NCBI GenBank assembly: GCA_052387955.1
Contig: JBQTIQ010000040.1
Span: 23,879 to 87,878, forward strand
DNA: 64,000 nt
Reading direction: 5' to 3'
DNA from: Acidimicrobiia bacterium
Lineage (GTDB): Bacteria; Actinomycetota; Acidimicrobiia; Acidimicrobiales; JACDCH01
Made by a program: the position numbers and the translations under genes. Of this stretch, positions 39,961-48,344 are shown one piece after another (the stretch's first letter is position 1; each line of letters opens with the position of its first letter). Under the pieces are notes generated by a model. The model worked only from the letters and a program-made list of their open reading frames with translations, was not told the DNA's origin and did no database searches.

Positions 39961-40040
39961 ATGGCCGTTCATGTTCGGGGGCTGCGCCCCCGGGCCCCAT
40001 CGTCGCCCGGCTCGATGGCGCTCGCACCGTCGACCGGGCA
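39961..40040 (+). repeat. family-A repeat, copy A2
   Basis: ATGGCCGTTCATGTTCGGGGGCTGCGCCCCCGGGCCCCATCGTCGCCCGGCTCGATGGCGCTCGCACCGTCGACCGG. It lies in the 207-bp spacer between the McrB-like and McrC-like genes, antisense to them. Confidence 0.85.
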
Positions 40041-40096
40041 CCCGGGGGGGATCACAAGGAACGGTGCACCGGTGACCGCGCCGCGACCAGCCATGT

Positions 40097-41032
40097 TCAT
40101 CCGAGCAGTTCGACACCGAGCACCTCGTTGATGGTGCGCTGGGCTTCGGCCTGTTCGGGCGGGTCGAGCAGGGCGGCCACCGTCCGGTACAGCTTCGAGG
40201 CGCGAGCTTCGTCCATGCCCTCGAACTGGGGCAGGAAGAAGGCGTAGAACGTCTCGTAGAGGAGGCGGGACGGCGTGCACCCGTCGCCGCGGCGACGGGC
40301 GGCGAAGCGGCTGGCATCGAGGAACACGGCCGGGCCCAGGTCGCGGAACTGCCGCAACGGCAGCAGGGCCCGCACGATCGACCCCGGCCCCTCGAGCAGC
40401 TGCACGAACACGTCCTCGGACGGGGAGGTGACCTCGACGAAGGCGAACCGCCGCATCAACGCGTAGGACATCTCGAACAGGAGGTTCTTGTCGAACACGT
40501 TCATCGTGGCCAGGATCCGCCAGCGGGGCGGTACCCGGATGGGATCGACCTCGAAGGGCGCCTCGACGCCGTAGGGCACGAGGGCCAGTGGACGGGCGCG
40601 GCCCCCCCGCTTGAACGGCAGGACCACCGGCTGGCCCGAGAGCACCGTGAACAGCTGCCCGAAGGCCCGGTCGAAGTTCGAGCGGTTGAGCTCGTCGATG
40701 ACGAGCCACCGTCCCGACTCGATCGCCTCCACGAACAGGCCGGGACGGAAGATGAACCCCTCCGACGTCGGCTGGAGGCCGCCGATGGTCTCGAAGGTGG
40801 TCCACTCGCTGGTGGCCGTCGTGGGCAGGTAGCCGGTGCACAGGTTGCAGCGCTGACCGACCTCGGCCGCCAGGTAGGCCAGGGTCGTCTTGCCCGTCCC
40901 CGGAGGCCCGGTCAGGATCACATGCTTACCGGAGTCGATGGCGGCGACGAGCTGGTCGAGCACGTTGGCGGGGTACACCATGCCCAGTTCGTCGGCGCCG
41001 CGGGCCAGATTCTCTGCGGTGAAGTTCAGCAT
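40097..41032 (-). CDS. McrB-like AAA+ (AAA_5) NTPase lacking an N-terminal DNA-binding domain
   Basis: Walker A GPPGTGKTT, Walker B WLVIDELNRS, FGQLFTVLSG, and ATMNVFDKN...YALMRRFAFVEV (McrB/AAA_5 signature). GAGGGTGAGAG lies upstream of the ATG. Confidence 0.8.
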   Translation of the reverse strand: MLNFTAENLARGADELGMVYPANVLDQLVAAIDSGKHVILTGPPGTGKTTLAYLAAEVGQRCNLCTGYLPTTATSEWTTFETIGGLQPTSEGFIFRPGLFVEAIESGRWLVIDELNRSNFDRAFGQLFTVLSGQPVVLPFKRGGRARPLALVPYGVEAPFEVDPIRVPPRWRILATMNVFDKNLLFEMSYALMRRFAFVEVTSPSEDVFVQLLEGPGSIVRALLPLRQFRDLGPAVFLDASRFAARRRGDGCTPSRLLYETFYAFFLPQFEGMDEARASKLYRTVAALLDPPEQAEAQRTINEVLGVELLG

Positions 41033-41071
41033 CTCTCACCCTCGTGTGGCGATCTCACGTGTCTGTCGGCA

Positions 41072-41842
41072 TCACCTTTTTGATTTCAAGCCGGGATGGG
41101 CCACGACCGTCTCGGTCCCGCGCTGGCGCAGGAGACGAGCGAGCATCAGGTAGGGCCGTTCGCCGACCATCTCGACCAGCTCGTCGCGCAGGGCGCTGAA
41201 CACGGGCCGGTGGCCCACGAAGGCAGTGGCGAGCCCGCGGTCCCCGTTCGATTCGGTGCACCACCAGTGGAACTCCGAGCCCCCCGGGCCCCAGTCACGA
41301 CGTTTCCACTCCCGCACCGTACTGGTCACATGCCCGTAGGTGTCGACCTCGTCGGTGCGCCGCAGCGGCAGCTGCCAGCACACGTCGGGCTTCCAGTCGA
41401 GGGGCCGTTCGCCCCGCTCCAGGGCGGCGCGGTGCAGCGCGCAGCCGGTCCCGCCGGCGAAGCCGGGACGGTTCAGGAAGATGCAGGCGCCGTCGTGCAG
41501 GCGGGTCATGTGGGTCCCGCCCCTGGTCTTGAACGGGCCGCCCCGCCGTCGTGCGATCCCTTTGAACTGCCACTGCCCGTCGGTGAGCCGAGCTGCTCGC
41601 TGCGCGGTGTCGTCGCGGTCGTCCTCGTCGGTGAAGTGCGCTCCGTAGGAACAGCAGCCCTCGCCCCGCTCGGGCGCCGGTTCGCTCAGGACCCCTTCGC
41701 AGCCTCGACCGAAGATGCAGGTCCACGGGCTGACCAGGAAGGTGGCGTCGAACACCCACGTCCGTGATTCGTCGGGGTCCTCGAAGCTGAGCCACTCGTG
41801 GACATCGCCGGCCACCGGCAGCGGTGCCCGGTCAGCGGCCAC
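41072..41842 (-). CDS. conserved cysteine-rich protein of unknown function
   Basis: WTCIFGRGCEGV...GCCSYGAHF...GACIFLN...GCALH...CWQLP...HWWC. Many conserved-looking Cys/His suggest metal or Fe-S binding. The start (GTG at 41842 or 41815) is uncertain. Confidence 0.6.
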   Translation of the reverse strand: MAADRAPLPVAGDVHEWLSFEDPDESRTWVFDATFLVSPWTCIFGRGCEGVLSEPAPERGEGCCSYGAHFTDEDDRDDTAQRAARLTDGQWQFKGIARRRGGPFKTRGGTHMTRLHDGACIFLNRPGFAGGTGCALHRAALERGERPLDWKPDVCWQLPLRRTDEVDTYGHVTSTVREWKRRDWGPGGSEFHWWCTESNGDRGLATAFVGHRPVFSALRDELVEMVGERPYLMLARLLRQRGTETVVAHPGLKSKR

Positions 41843-41900
41843 GCTCGTGGGACCGACCGAGCGCGAGGGCGCGTGCCGCGGCGTGACAGGCACGCGGCCG

Positions 41901-43118
41901 CTACCCCCGTGAGAGGGCGTCGAGGCGGCGGCTGCAGCCGAAGAGGATCGTGCGCCTCGCCCGGTTGTCGGTTTCGTAGGCGCGCACCGCGGCGATCCCG
42001 GCGGCATCCATCGTCTCGAGCGCCGACATGACCTCGCTGACCGACATGGCGTCGTATCCCGGCGTCGGCTCGCCGGCCGCGGGGGCCGACGCGGCCGGTG
42101 CTTCATCGACGGCCGGCGCCTCTTGCACTGCTTCGGGATCCTCGACCATGGCCGAGGTGGCGTCAGCGCTCTCGTCGGCCGGGGCCGAAGACGGTTGGCC
42201 CGGTCCCTCGGCGACGACGGCCCCAGCCTCGGCGGGCTCGACTGCAGCCTTCTCGACGTCGGTGGGGGCGGTGGGCGGCGGCTCGTCCGGGGGCGTGTCG
42301 TCGTGAGGAGGTGCACCGTCGGCGATGTCAGCCGACGGTGCTGTCTCCGTCGATGCTGCGGGCGCGCCGGCAGCTAGCTCGACCGGGGCGCCCACCGCGG
42401 CGAGGCGCCGGGTGACTCGGAAGATGATCCCTCGACGGCCGCGATGGGCCAGCTCGTAGTCACGGAAGCGGGCCAGCAGCTCGGGATCGTCGATCCCGTC
42501 GAGGATCCCGAAGACGTCGTTGGCGGCCAAGAGCTCGTAGCCGTCGATCGGCGGGCCGGAGGGGGTGCTCGGCTCGGCCGGGGCCGTTTCGGCCGGGGTC
42601 TCCGCTGCGGGGGCGGCGTCACCGGCGTCGGCGACGGGCGCCTCGGCGGCATCCGATGCCGGCTCGGGCGCGGTCTCGGTCCCGGTCGGAGTCTCGGGAG
42701 CGGGCCCCGCGGCTGCGGCCGCCTCATCCGGCGTCGCCGCTGCCTCGGGAGCAGGCTGCGGCGCGGGGGAGGGGGACGGCGCCGGGGCGGGTTCGGCGGG
42801 CGGTGCCGCGGCCGCCGGCTTGCTCAGCGTCGGCGCCGGTGTCGCTGACGCCGCTTCCTCGGCCTTCTGGATCGCCGCCTTGTCGGCGGCGTCGAGGCCC
42901 ACGGCCGCGAGCACCGCGAACGGGAGGGCCGCCGCGACCAGGATGACGTTGCCCCCGGCGATGCCGAGGGCGAGGAGGACGCTGCCGACCAGGCCCGAAA
43001 CGATGGCCAGGGGCGGAGGCAGGTCAGACCCTCTCTGCCGCTGCCGCGGGACGCGATCAGGCCTAACGCGAGCAGGCTTATCGGACCGTTTCGGGCGCCA
43101 CCGCAAGTCGACGAGCAT
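41901..43118 (-). CDS. membrane-anchored Ala/Pro/Glu-rich protein with an internally duplicated about 50-aa C-terminal module
   Basis: ATG at 43118, a basic N-terminus and one or two TM helices (LAIVSGLVGSVLLALGIAGGNVILVAAALPFAVLAAV). Long AP-rich stretches separate two related modules: GYELLAANDVFGILDGIDDPELLARFRDYELAHRGRRGIIFRVTRRL and GYDAMSVSEVMSALETMDAAGIAAVRAYETDNRARRTILFGCSRRL. Confidence 0.6.
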   Translation of the reverse strand: MLVDLRWRPKRSDKPARVRPDRVPRQRQRGSDLPPPLAIVSGLVGSVLLALGIAGGNVILVAAALPFAVLAAVGLDAADKAAIQKAEEAASATPAPTLSKPAAAAPPAEPAPAPSPSPAPQPAPEAAATPDEAAAAAGPAPETPTGTETAPEPASDAAEAPVADAGDAAPAAETPAETAPAEPSTPSGPPIDGYELLAANDVFGILDGIDDPELLARFRDYELAHRGRRGIIFRVTRRLAAVGAPVELAAGAPAASTETAPSADIADGAPPHDDTPPDEPPPTAPTDVEKAAVEPAEAGAVVAEGPGQPSSAPADESADATSAMVEDPEAVQEAPAVDEAPAASAPAAGEPTPGYDAMSVSEVMSALETMDAAGIAAVRAYETDNRARRTILFGCSRRLDALSRG

Positions 43119-43182
43119 AGCCCGCGCACCTTGCCCCCTCCCGCACCGAAGGCACGTTCGTGACGCGGTGTGGGAGCTCTCG

Positions 43183-43449
43183 ATGGGGGCAGACTGGTGC
43201 CGTGAGCGACGTTGCCGGAGCGGTGGGGAAAGCGAGAGCCGGTTGAGCGGTCCCCATGAAGCAAGGCTCGGGGACGTGCAGGCCCGCCTCACCGCGATCG
43301 CCGAGGAGCTGGCTGATCTCGCCCTCGACGTCCTGCGCCAGGCGGTCAGCGACGGTGCCGACAAGCGACCGGAGCTCGAAAAGCGCGTGACCCGGGCACG
43401 CACCGCGGTCGAGAAGGCCGCCCGCCTGCTCGACGACCTCCCTCAGTGA
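43183..43449 (+). CDS. small helical hypothetical protein
   Basis: The ATG at 43183 has GGGAG 6 nt upstream. The C-terminal half is predicted helical (LTAIAEELADLALDVLRQAV...ELEKRVTRARTAVEKAARLLDDL). It is divergent from the AP-rich gene. Confidence 0.45.
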   Translation: MGADWCRERRCRSGGESESRLSGPHEARLGDVQARLTAIAEELADLALDVLRQAVSDGADKRPELEKRVTRARTAVEKAARLLDDLPQ

Positions 43450-43481
43450 AAGGCGCTGGCGGCTGCAAGCCGCCAGCGACC

Positions 43482-44543
43482 TCAACCCAGGGACGGCAAC
43501 CGGTTGAGGGCGTTGATGAGCCGGCGGAGGGCGCCCGCCTCGAAGCCGTTGTAGCGCAACACGATACGGGCCAGACCGAGGCGGTCGTCGTCGGCCGCCT
43601 CGACGGCCAGGGGCCCGCGGTTGATGATCTGGCCGTCTGTCGTCACGTGGCCGAACTCGTCGACCAAGCCCTCCATCTCCTCGTCGGTGGGCGCCCGGCG
43701 GAGGCGGAGCACGAGGCGGTCACCGACCCAGCGGGTGGAGTGGAAGTTGCGCACGAAGGTGGTCAGCTCGTCGGCGGCCTCGTCGACGGACTCGGTGACC
43801 AAGTACAGGTCACGATCGCCGGGATCGATGAACCGGCGGGGTGCGAGGTGCTCCTCGACGAAGCTCGAGAAGCCGCGCCAGTAGGTCCCGCCGGGCTCGT
43901 CGAGCAGCACGATGGGAGCGGGCTCGGCCTTGCCCGTCTGCACCAGGGTCAACAGCTCGAAGGTCTCGTCGAGGGTCCCGAACCCTCCCGGCAGGGAGAC
44001 GAAACCCTTGGACTCCTTCATGAGCATGAGCTTGCGGGTGAAGAAGTACTTCATCGACACCAGCTTCTCGTCGCCGGCGATGAAGGCGTTGGCCCCCTGC
44101 TCGTGGGGGAGCCGGATGTTCACCCCGAAAGCGTGGTCGCGGCCAGCGCCCTCGAGCCCGGCAGCCATGATCCCGGGCCCGGCCCCGGTGACGATCATCC
44201 ACCCGCTGCGAGCGAGATGTTCGGCCAGTTCCCGAGCCTGGGCGTAGAAGGGGTCGGTGGGCAGCGTGCGGGCCGACCCGAAGATCGTGGCCTTGGCCAC
44301 GTCGCGATAAGGGGCGAACGCCCGGAAGGCGGCCCGCATCTCCTTGAGGGCAGCGCTGGTGATCTTCAGGTCCAGGCGGTCGGCCCCGTCCCGGGCCAGC
44401 AGCGTGGCCGACGTCAGGATCTCGGCGAGCACGTCGCGGTCCCGGTCCACCCCGGAGCGGTCGAGGACCTCGGCCAACAATCGATCGACCTCGGGATCTC
44501 CGGTGCTGCGGGGTGTCTGGCGCCGCGGCCGGCTCACTGCCAC
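43482..44543 (-). CDS. LOG family (TIGR00730, lysine-decarboxylase-like) protein, long form
   Basis: IFGSAR, IVTGAGPGIMAA and PGGFGTLDE.FE are the canonical LOG/PGGxGTxxE motifs, with N- and C-terminal extensions. Confidence 0.85.
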   Translation of the reverse strand: MAVSRPRRQTPRSTGDPEVDRLLAEVLDRSGVDRDRDVLAEILTSATLLARDGADRLDLKITSAALKEMRAAFRAFAPYRDVAKATIFGSARTLPTDPFYAQARELAEHLARSGWMIVTGAGPGIMAAGLEGAGRDHAFGVNIRLPHEQGANAFIAGDEKLVSMKYFFTRKLMLMKESKGFVSLPGGFGTLDETFELLTLVQTGKAEPAPIVLLDEPGGTYWRGFSSFVEEHLAPRRFIDPGDRDLYLVTESVDEAADELTTFVRNFHSTRWVGDRLVLRLRRAPTDEEMEGLVDEFGHVTTDGQIINRGPLAVEAADDDRLGLARIVLRYNGFEAGALRRLINALNRLPSLG

Positions 44544-44568
44544 CGTTTCTCGCCGTGGCGCCAGGCGT

Positions 44569-44769
44569 TCACGCCCACCACTCCTCGGGCAGCTTGGCTT
44601 CGATGGCCCGGAGGTTCTCCCGGGTGCACCCGCCGCACAGCCAGGTCGTCCCCGCCTCGTCGGCCGACGACGACCACCCCGCCGCCAGCGTGTCGTCTGA
44701 GCCCTCGGTGCCGGCCCCGCAGCGGTTGCAGGACCTCAACGTGCCCGATCGCTCATACCGGCCGGCCAC
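44569..44769 (-). CDS. small Cys4 protein, unknown function
   Basis: The GTG at 44769 gives VAGRYERSGTLRSCNRCG...WLCGGCTRENLRAIEAKLPEEWWA, with two CxxC pairs. It looks like a conserved actinobacterial small protein. Confidence 0.45.
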   Translation of the reverse strand: MAGRYERSGTLRSCNRCGAGTEGSDDTLAAGWSSSADEAGTTWLCGGCTRENLRAIEAKLPEEWWA

Positions 44770-44817
44770 ATGCCGATCGACCCTAACGCACGGTCCCACA
44801 GGCACGAGGTAGCGGCG

Positions 44818-45225
44818 ATGAGCGTGGTACTGGTGGTGGACGACGAGGCCGACATGCGCCTCTTGGCGCGCCTGGTGCTCGTCTCGGCGGGCCATTCGGT
44901 GATCGAGGCCGACTGCTGTGCCGCCGCCCTCGCCACGTTCGACGGCCAGCCCGCGCCCGAGGTCGTGCTGCTCGACATGCGGATGCCAGGCGCCGACGGC
45001 TGGGAGGTGCGCCGGCGGGCCCGCGCCGACGGACGCCATGCCCGTGTCCCGGTGATCGTCTTCACCGCGGCGCCGGTCGGATGCGGGACGACCGCCGGCG
45101 ATGGCGACGGCGACGACGACCAGGTGCTGGCCAAGCCCTATCGTCCCGATGACCTGCTCGCCGCCGTCGAGCGGGCGTTGGGCACGTCGAGGGGCACGCC
45201 TCAGGCTGGGGTCAACAGCCCGTAG
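44818..45225 (+). CDS. single-domain response regulator (receiver only)
   Basis: MSVVLVVDDEADMRLL...VVLLDMRMPGADGWEV...VPVIVFTA...KPY is a CheY-like receiver with the phospho-acceptor Asp in LLDMRMP. There is no output domain. Confidence 0.8.
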   Translation: MSVVLVVDDEADMRLLARLVLVSAGHSVIEADCCAAALATFDGQPAPEVVLLDMRMPGADGWEVRRRARADGRHARVPVIVFTAAPVGCGTTAGDGDGDDDQVLAKPYRPDDLLAAVERALGTSRGTPQAGVNSP

Positions 45226-47558
45226 GTGGTGGTCCGTTGGCGCAGGCGCCGGCCAATGGGCTCGGTGATCGCCCGGAAGTCGTCTTCGCCAGCTCCTTGG
45301 CCGTGGGAAGCACCGGCGGCGCGGCTGATGTTCTCGTTCATCAGGGTGCCGCCGAGGTCGTTGACACCGGCTTGGAGCAGCTGCTGGGCGCCGGAAAGGC
45401 CCAGCTTCACCCATGAGGCCTGGATGTTGTCGATCCAGCCCCGGTAGGCGATCCGGGCGACGGCATGCATCAGGACGGTCTCACGCCAGGTGGGGCCTCG
45501 GCGGGCCTTGCCCTGCAGGTAGATGGGAGCGGCCATGTGCACGAACGGCAGCCCCACGAACTCGGTGAACCCGCCCGTCTCCTTCTGGAGCTGTCGCGTG
45601 ACCACCAGGTGCCTGGCCCACGCCGCGGGTGCCTCCACCGAGCCGAACATGATCGTGACGTTGGACCGAAGGCCGACGGAATGGGCGACCCGGTGGCATT
45701 CGAGCCATTCGTCAGCCGAGATCTTGTCGGGGCAGAGGACCTGGCGCACGTCGTCGTCGAGGATCTCGGCGGCGGTGCCCGGCAGCGTGCGGAGCCCGGC
45801 GTCCATCAGGCGGCGGAGGTAAGCCTCGAGCGGCTCGCCTAGGCGGCGGGCTCCCTCGGTGACCTCGAGGGCAGTGAACCCGTGGATGTGCAGCCCCGGT
45901 GCGGCGGCGGCCACCGCCCGGGCCACGTCGATGTAGTAGTCGCCGTCGAAGTCGGGGTGGATGCCACCCTGGAGGCAGACCTCGGTGGCCCCCAGGTCTT
46001 CGGCTTCGCGGGCACGGCCGGCGATGTCTTCCAGGGTCAGGAGGTACGGCGTGCCCCGCAGGTTCAACGACAGCGGCCCCTTGGAGAACCCGCAGAACCG
46101 GCACTTGAACGTGCACACGTTCGTGTAGTTGATGTTGCGGTTCCGGACGAACGTGACGACGTCGCCCACCGTCGCCGCTCGCAGGTCATCGGCAGCCCGG
46201 GCCACGGCGGCCACCTCCGGGCCCCGAGCCGAGAACAGCGTCGTCAGCTCGTCGGCGCCCGCTTCCTGTCCTGCCGCCACGCCGGCGAGGACCTCGGCGA
46301 TCGCGCCGCCGACAGGGCCGGCCGGGGCCGGGACCAGGACCGGCGGTGTGACGGCGGCGCCCGAGTACCAGGCCGTCGAGCGCCGGCCCACCAGCACCAC
46401 CTCGGCGCCGTCGCCGACGTTGCGGATCTCGCTCACCTGCTGGGGCAGCACTGCCCCGGGGTCGTCGCGGCCCAAGCCCTCGGCGTCGCTGCGATCGAGT
46501 ACCGCGGCCCGCAGCGACCCGTCCAGCCACCGGCCGGGGTCGAGGGCGTAGGCGGGGTAGATCGTCAACCGGGGCGCGAGGGCGAAGCCGCGGTCCTCGG
46601 TGACCGCCCGCAGCCGATCGAGGGCCGGCCACGGGCGCTCGGGGTTCACGTGGTCGGCCGTCACCGGCGAGACCCCACCCCAGTCGTCGATGCCGGCTTC
46701 GAGCAGGTCGCCGAAGTCGACCAAGACGTCAGGGGCCAGGTTCGGCGGCGCCTGGACGTGGACCTCGGGGGGCAGGATCAGCCGGGCCAGGGCGATGGCC
46801 TGGAGGAACTCCTCGGCGGCGCAGGACGGCCACGTGTGCATGCCGGTACCCGCCTTGGGCAGGAAGTTCTGGACGATCACCTCCTGCACGTGGCCCCAAC
46901 GGCGGTGGGCGCCGGCGATCGCCAGCAAGGCCGTGACCCGGTCCTCGGCGGTCTCGCCGATGCCGACGAGGATGCCGGTGGTGAACGGCACACTGAGCTC
47001 GCCGGACGCTTCGAGGGTGGCGAGCCGGCGCTGCGGGGTCTTGTCCGGCGAACCCCGGTGGGCGTCGAGATCGGGACGGAGGGTCTCGATCATCATCCCC
47101 TGGCTCGCCGAGGCCGCCCGCAGCACTGCGATCTCGTCGCGATGGAGGGCTCCGGCGTTGGCGTGGGGCAGGAGCCCGGTCTCGTCGAGGACAAGACGGC
47201 ACATGGCCGCCAGGTACTCGACCGTCGAAGCGAACCCGTGCTCCGCCAGCCACCGCTCCGCCACCGAATAGCGGTCCTCGGGCCGTTCCCCGAGCGTGAA
47301 CAGCGCCTCGTGGCAGCCCGCCTCGGCCCCCTGACGGGCGATGCCCACGACCTGGTCGGGCGTGAGGTAGGGCGCCTCGAGGCGGGCCGGTGGCCGCGCG
47401 AACGTGCAGTAGCCGCACCGGTCCCGGCACAACATCGTGAGCGGGATGAAGACTTTCGGTGAGTACGTGACCCGGGTGCCGTGGGCGGCGTCTCGCACCT
47501 GCCGGGCCGCGGCCATGAGCTCGGCCAGCGGGAGGGACAGCAGCTCGTTGCCGGGCAT
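45201..47558 (-). CDS. fbiC: bifunctional FO synthase (CofG/CofH fusion), F420 biosynthesis
   Basis: Two radical-SAM CxxxCxxC motifs (CRDRCGYCTF and CTFKCRFCGF) in a 785-aa fusion typical of actinobacterial FbiC. Confidence 0.92.
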   Translation of the reverse strand: MPGNELLSLPLAELMAAARQVRDAAHGTRVTYSPKVFIPLTMLCRDRCGYCTFARPPARLEAPYLTPDQVVGIARQGAEAGCHEALFTLGERPEDRYSVAERWLAEHGFASTVEYLAAMCRLVLDETGLLPHANAGALHRDEIAVLRAASASQGMMIETLRPDLDAHRGSPDKTPQRRLATLEASGELSVPFTTGILVGIGETAEDRVTALLAIAGAHRRWGHVQEVIVQNFLPKAGTGMHTWPSCAAEEFLQAIALARLILPPEVHVQAPPNLAPDVLVDFGDLLEAGIDDWGGVSPVTADHVNPERPWPALDRLRAVTEDRGFALAPRLTIYPAYALDPGRWLDGSLRAAVLDRSDAEGLGRDDPGAVLPQQVSEIRNVGDGAEVVLVGRRSTAWYSGAAVTPPVLVPAPAGPVGGAIAEVLAGVAAGQEAGADELTTLFSARGPEVAAVARAADDLRAATVGDVVTFVRNRNINYTNVCTFKCRFCGFSKGPLSLNLRGTPYLLTLEDIAGRAREAEDLGATEVCLQGGIHPDFDGDYYIDVARAVAAAAPGLHIHGFTALEVTEGARRLGEPLEAYLRRLMDAGLRTLPGTAAEILDDDVRQVLCPDKISADEWLECHRVAHSVGLRSNVTIMFGSVEAPAAWARHLVVTRQLQKETGGFTEFVGLPFVHMAAPIYLQGKARRGPTWRETVLMHAVARIAYRGWIDNIQASWVKLGLSGAQQLLQAGVNDLGGTLMNENISRAAGASHGQGAGEDDFRAITEPIGRRLRQRTTTYGLLTPA

Positions 47559-47612
47559 CGTCGGGACCCTATCGGCCCTTGGCTGCGGCGACCCTTGGGC
47601 CGACCCTGCAAC

Positions 47613-48278
47613 CTATAGGTCGCCGGCGGCCGCCGGGTCGACCAGCCACACCACTCGTTCGGCCCGGGCCCGGGCGGCGGGCACGTCGTCGCCGGCCATG
47701 ACGCGCTGCAGGGCGGCCCGCTTGTCCTCGCCGCACACCGTCACCAGCACCAGGCGGGCGCGGGAGATACCGGTCAGCGTGAGGGTCATGCGCTCGTACG
47801 GGTTGGTGCCGGCCGGGTCGCGGTTCATGACCACGAGCCGGCCCGGGTCGGCCTCCAGCGCGGGGGAGCCCGGGAAGAGGGAGGCGATGTGGCCGTCGGC
47901 CCCCATGCCCAGGTGGAGGAGGTCGAAGCGACCGAGCTCGCCCAGCCGGAGCTGGTAGGGGTCGGCCGCCTCCTCGCATCGCATCGGGTAGGTGGCGTTG
48001 GCGGCGCCGACCCGGTCGAGGAGCGCCGCCCGAGCGAGCCGGTAGTTGGAATCGGCGTGGTCGAGGGGCACACAGCGCTCGTCGCCCCAGTACGCGTCGA
48101 CCTTCCACCAGTCGATCTGGGCGGCGTCGTCGGCCAACCGCTCGTAGCAACGACGGGCCGTCTCACCTCCGGACAGGGCGATCGAGTAGCCGTCGTTGGG
48201 GCGGGCGTGGAAGCTCTCGATGACCCGCTCGGCGAACTCTCCGGGCACGTCGTCGACGATCACCAGGTCGCCGAACAT
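47613..48278 (-). CDS. pgl: 6-phosphogluconolactonase
   Basis: IALSGGETA, WWKVDAYWGDERCVP..H.DSNY and LGMGADGHIASLFPG. Confidence 0.88.
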   Translation of the reverse strand: MFGDLVIVDDVPGEFAERVIESFHARPNDGYSIALSGGETARRCYERLADDAAQIDWWKVDAYWGDERCVPLDHADSNYRLARAALLDRVGAANATYPMRCEEAADPYQLRLGELGRFDLLHLGMGADGHIASLFPGSPALEADPGRLVVMNRDPAGTNPYERMTLTLTGISRARLVLVTVCGEDKRAALQRVMAGDDVPAARARAERVVWLVDPAAAGDL

Positions 48279-48344
48279 GACGCCGCAACCTAGTGCGCGG
48301 TGGTACGAGGTTGGCGACCAACGGGCCCGTCAGGGCCCCTGGGG

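Noticed and set aside
45882-47462. 526-aa plus-strand ORF
   Set aside because: It is antisense to fbiC, whose two radical-SAM motifs and full length are conserved.
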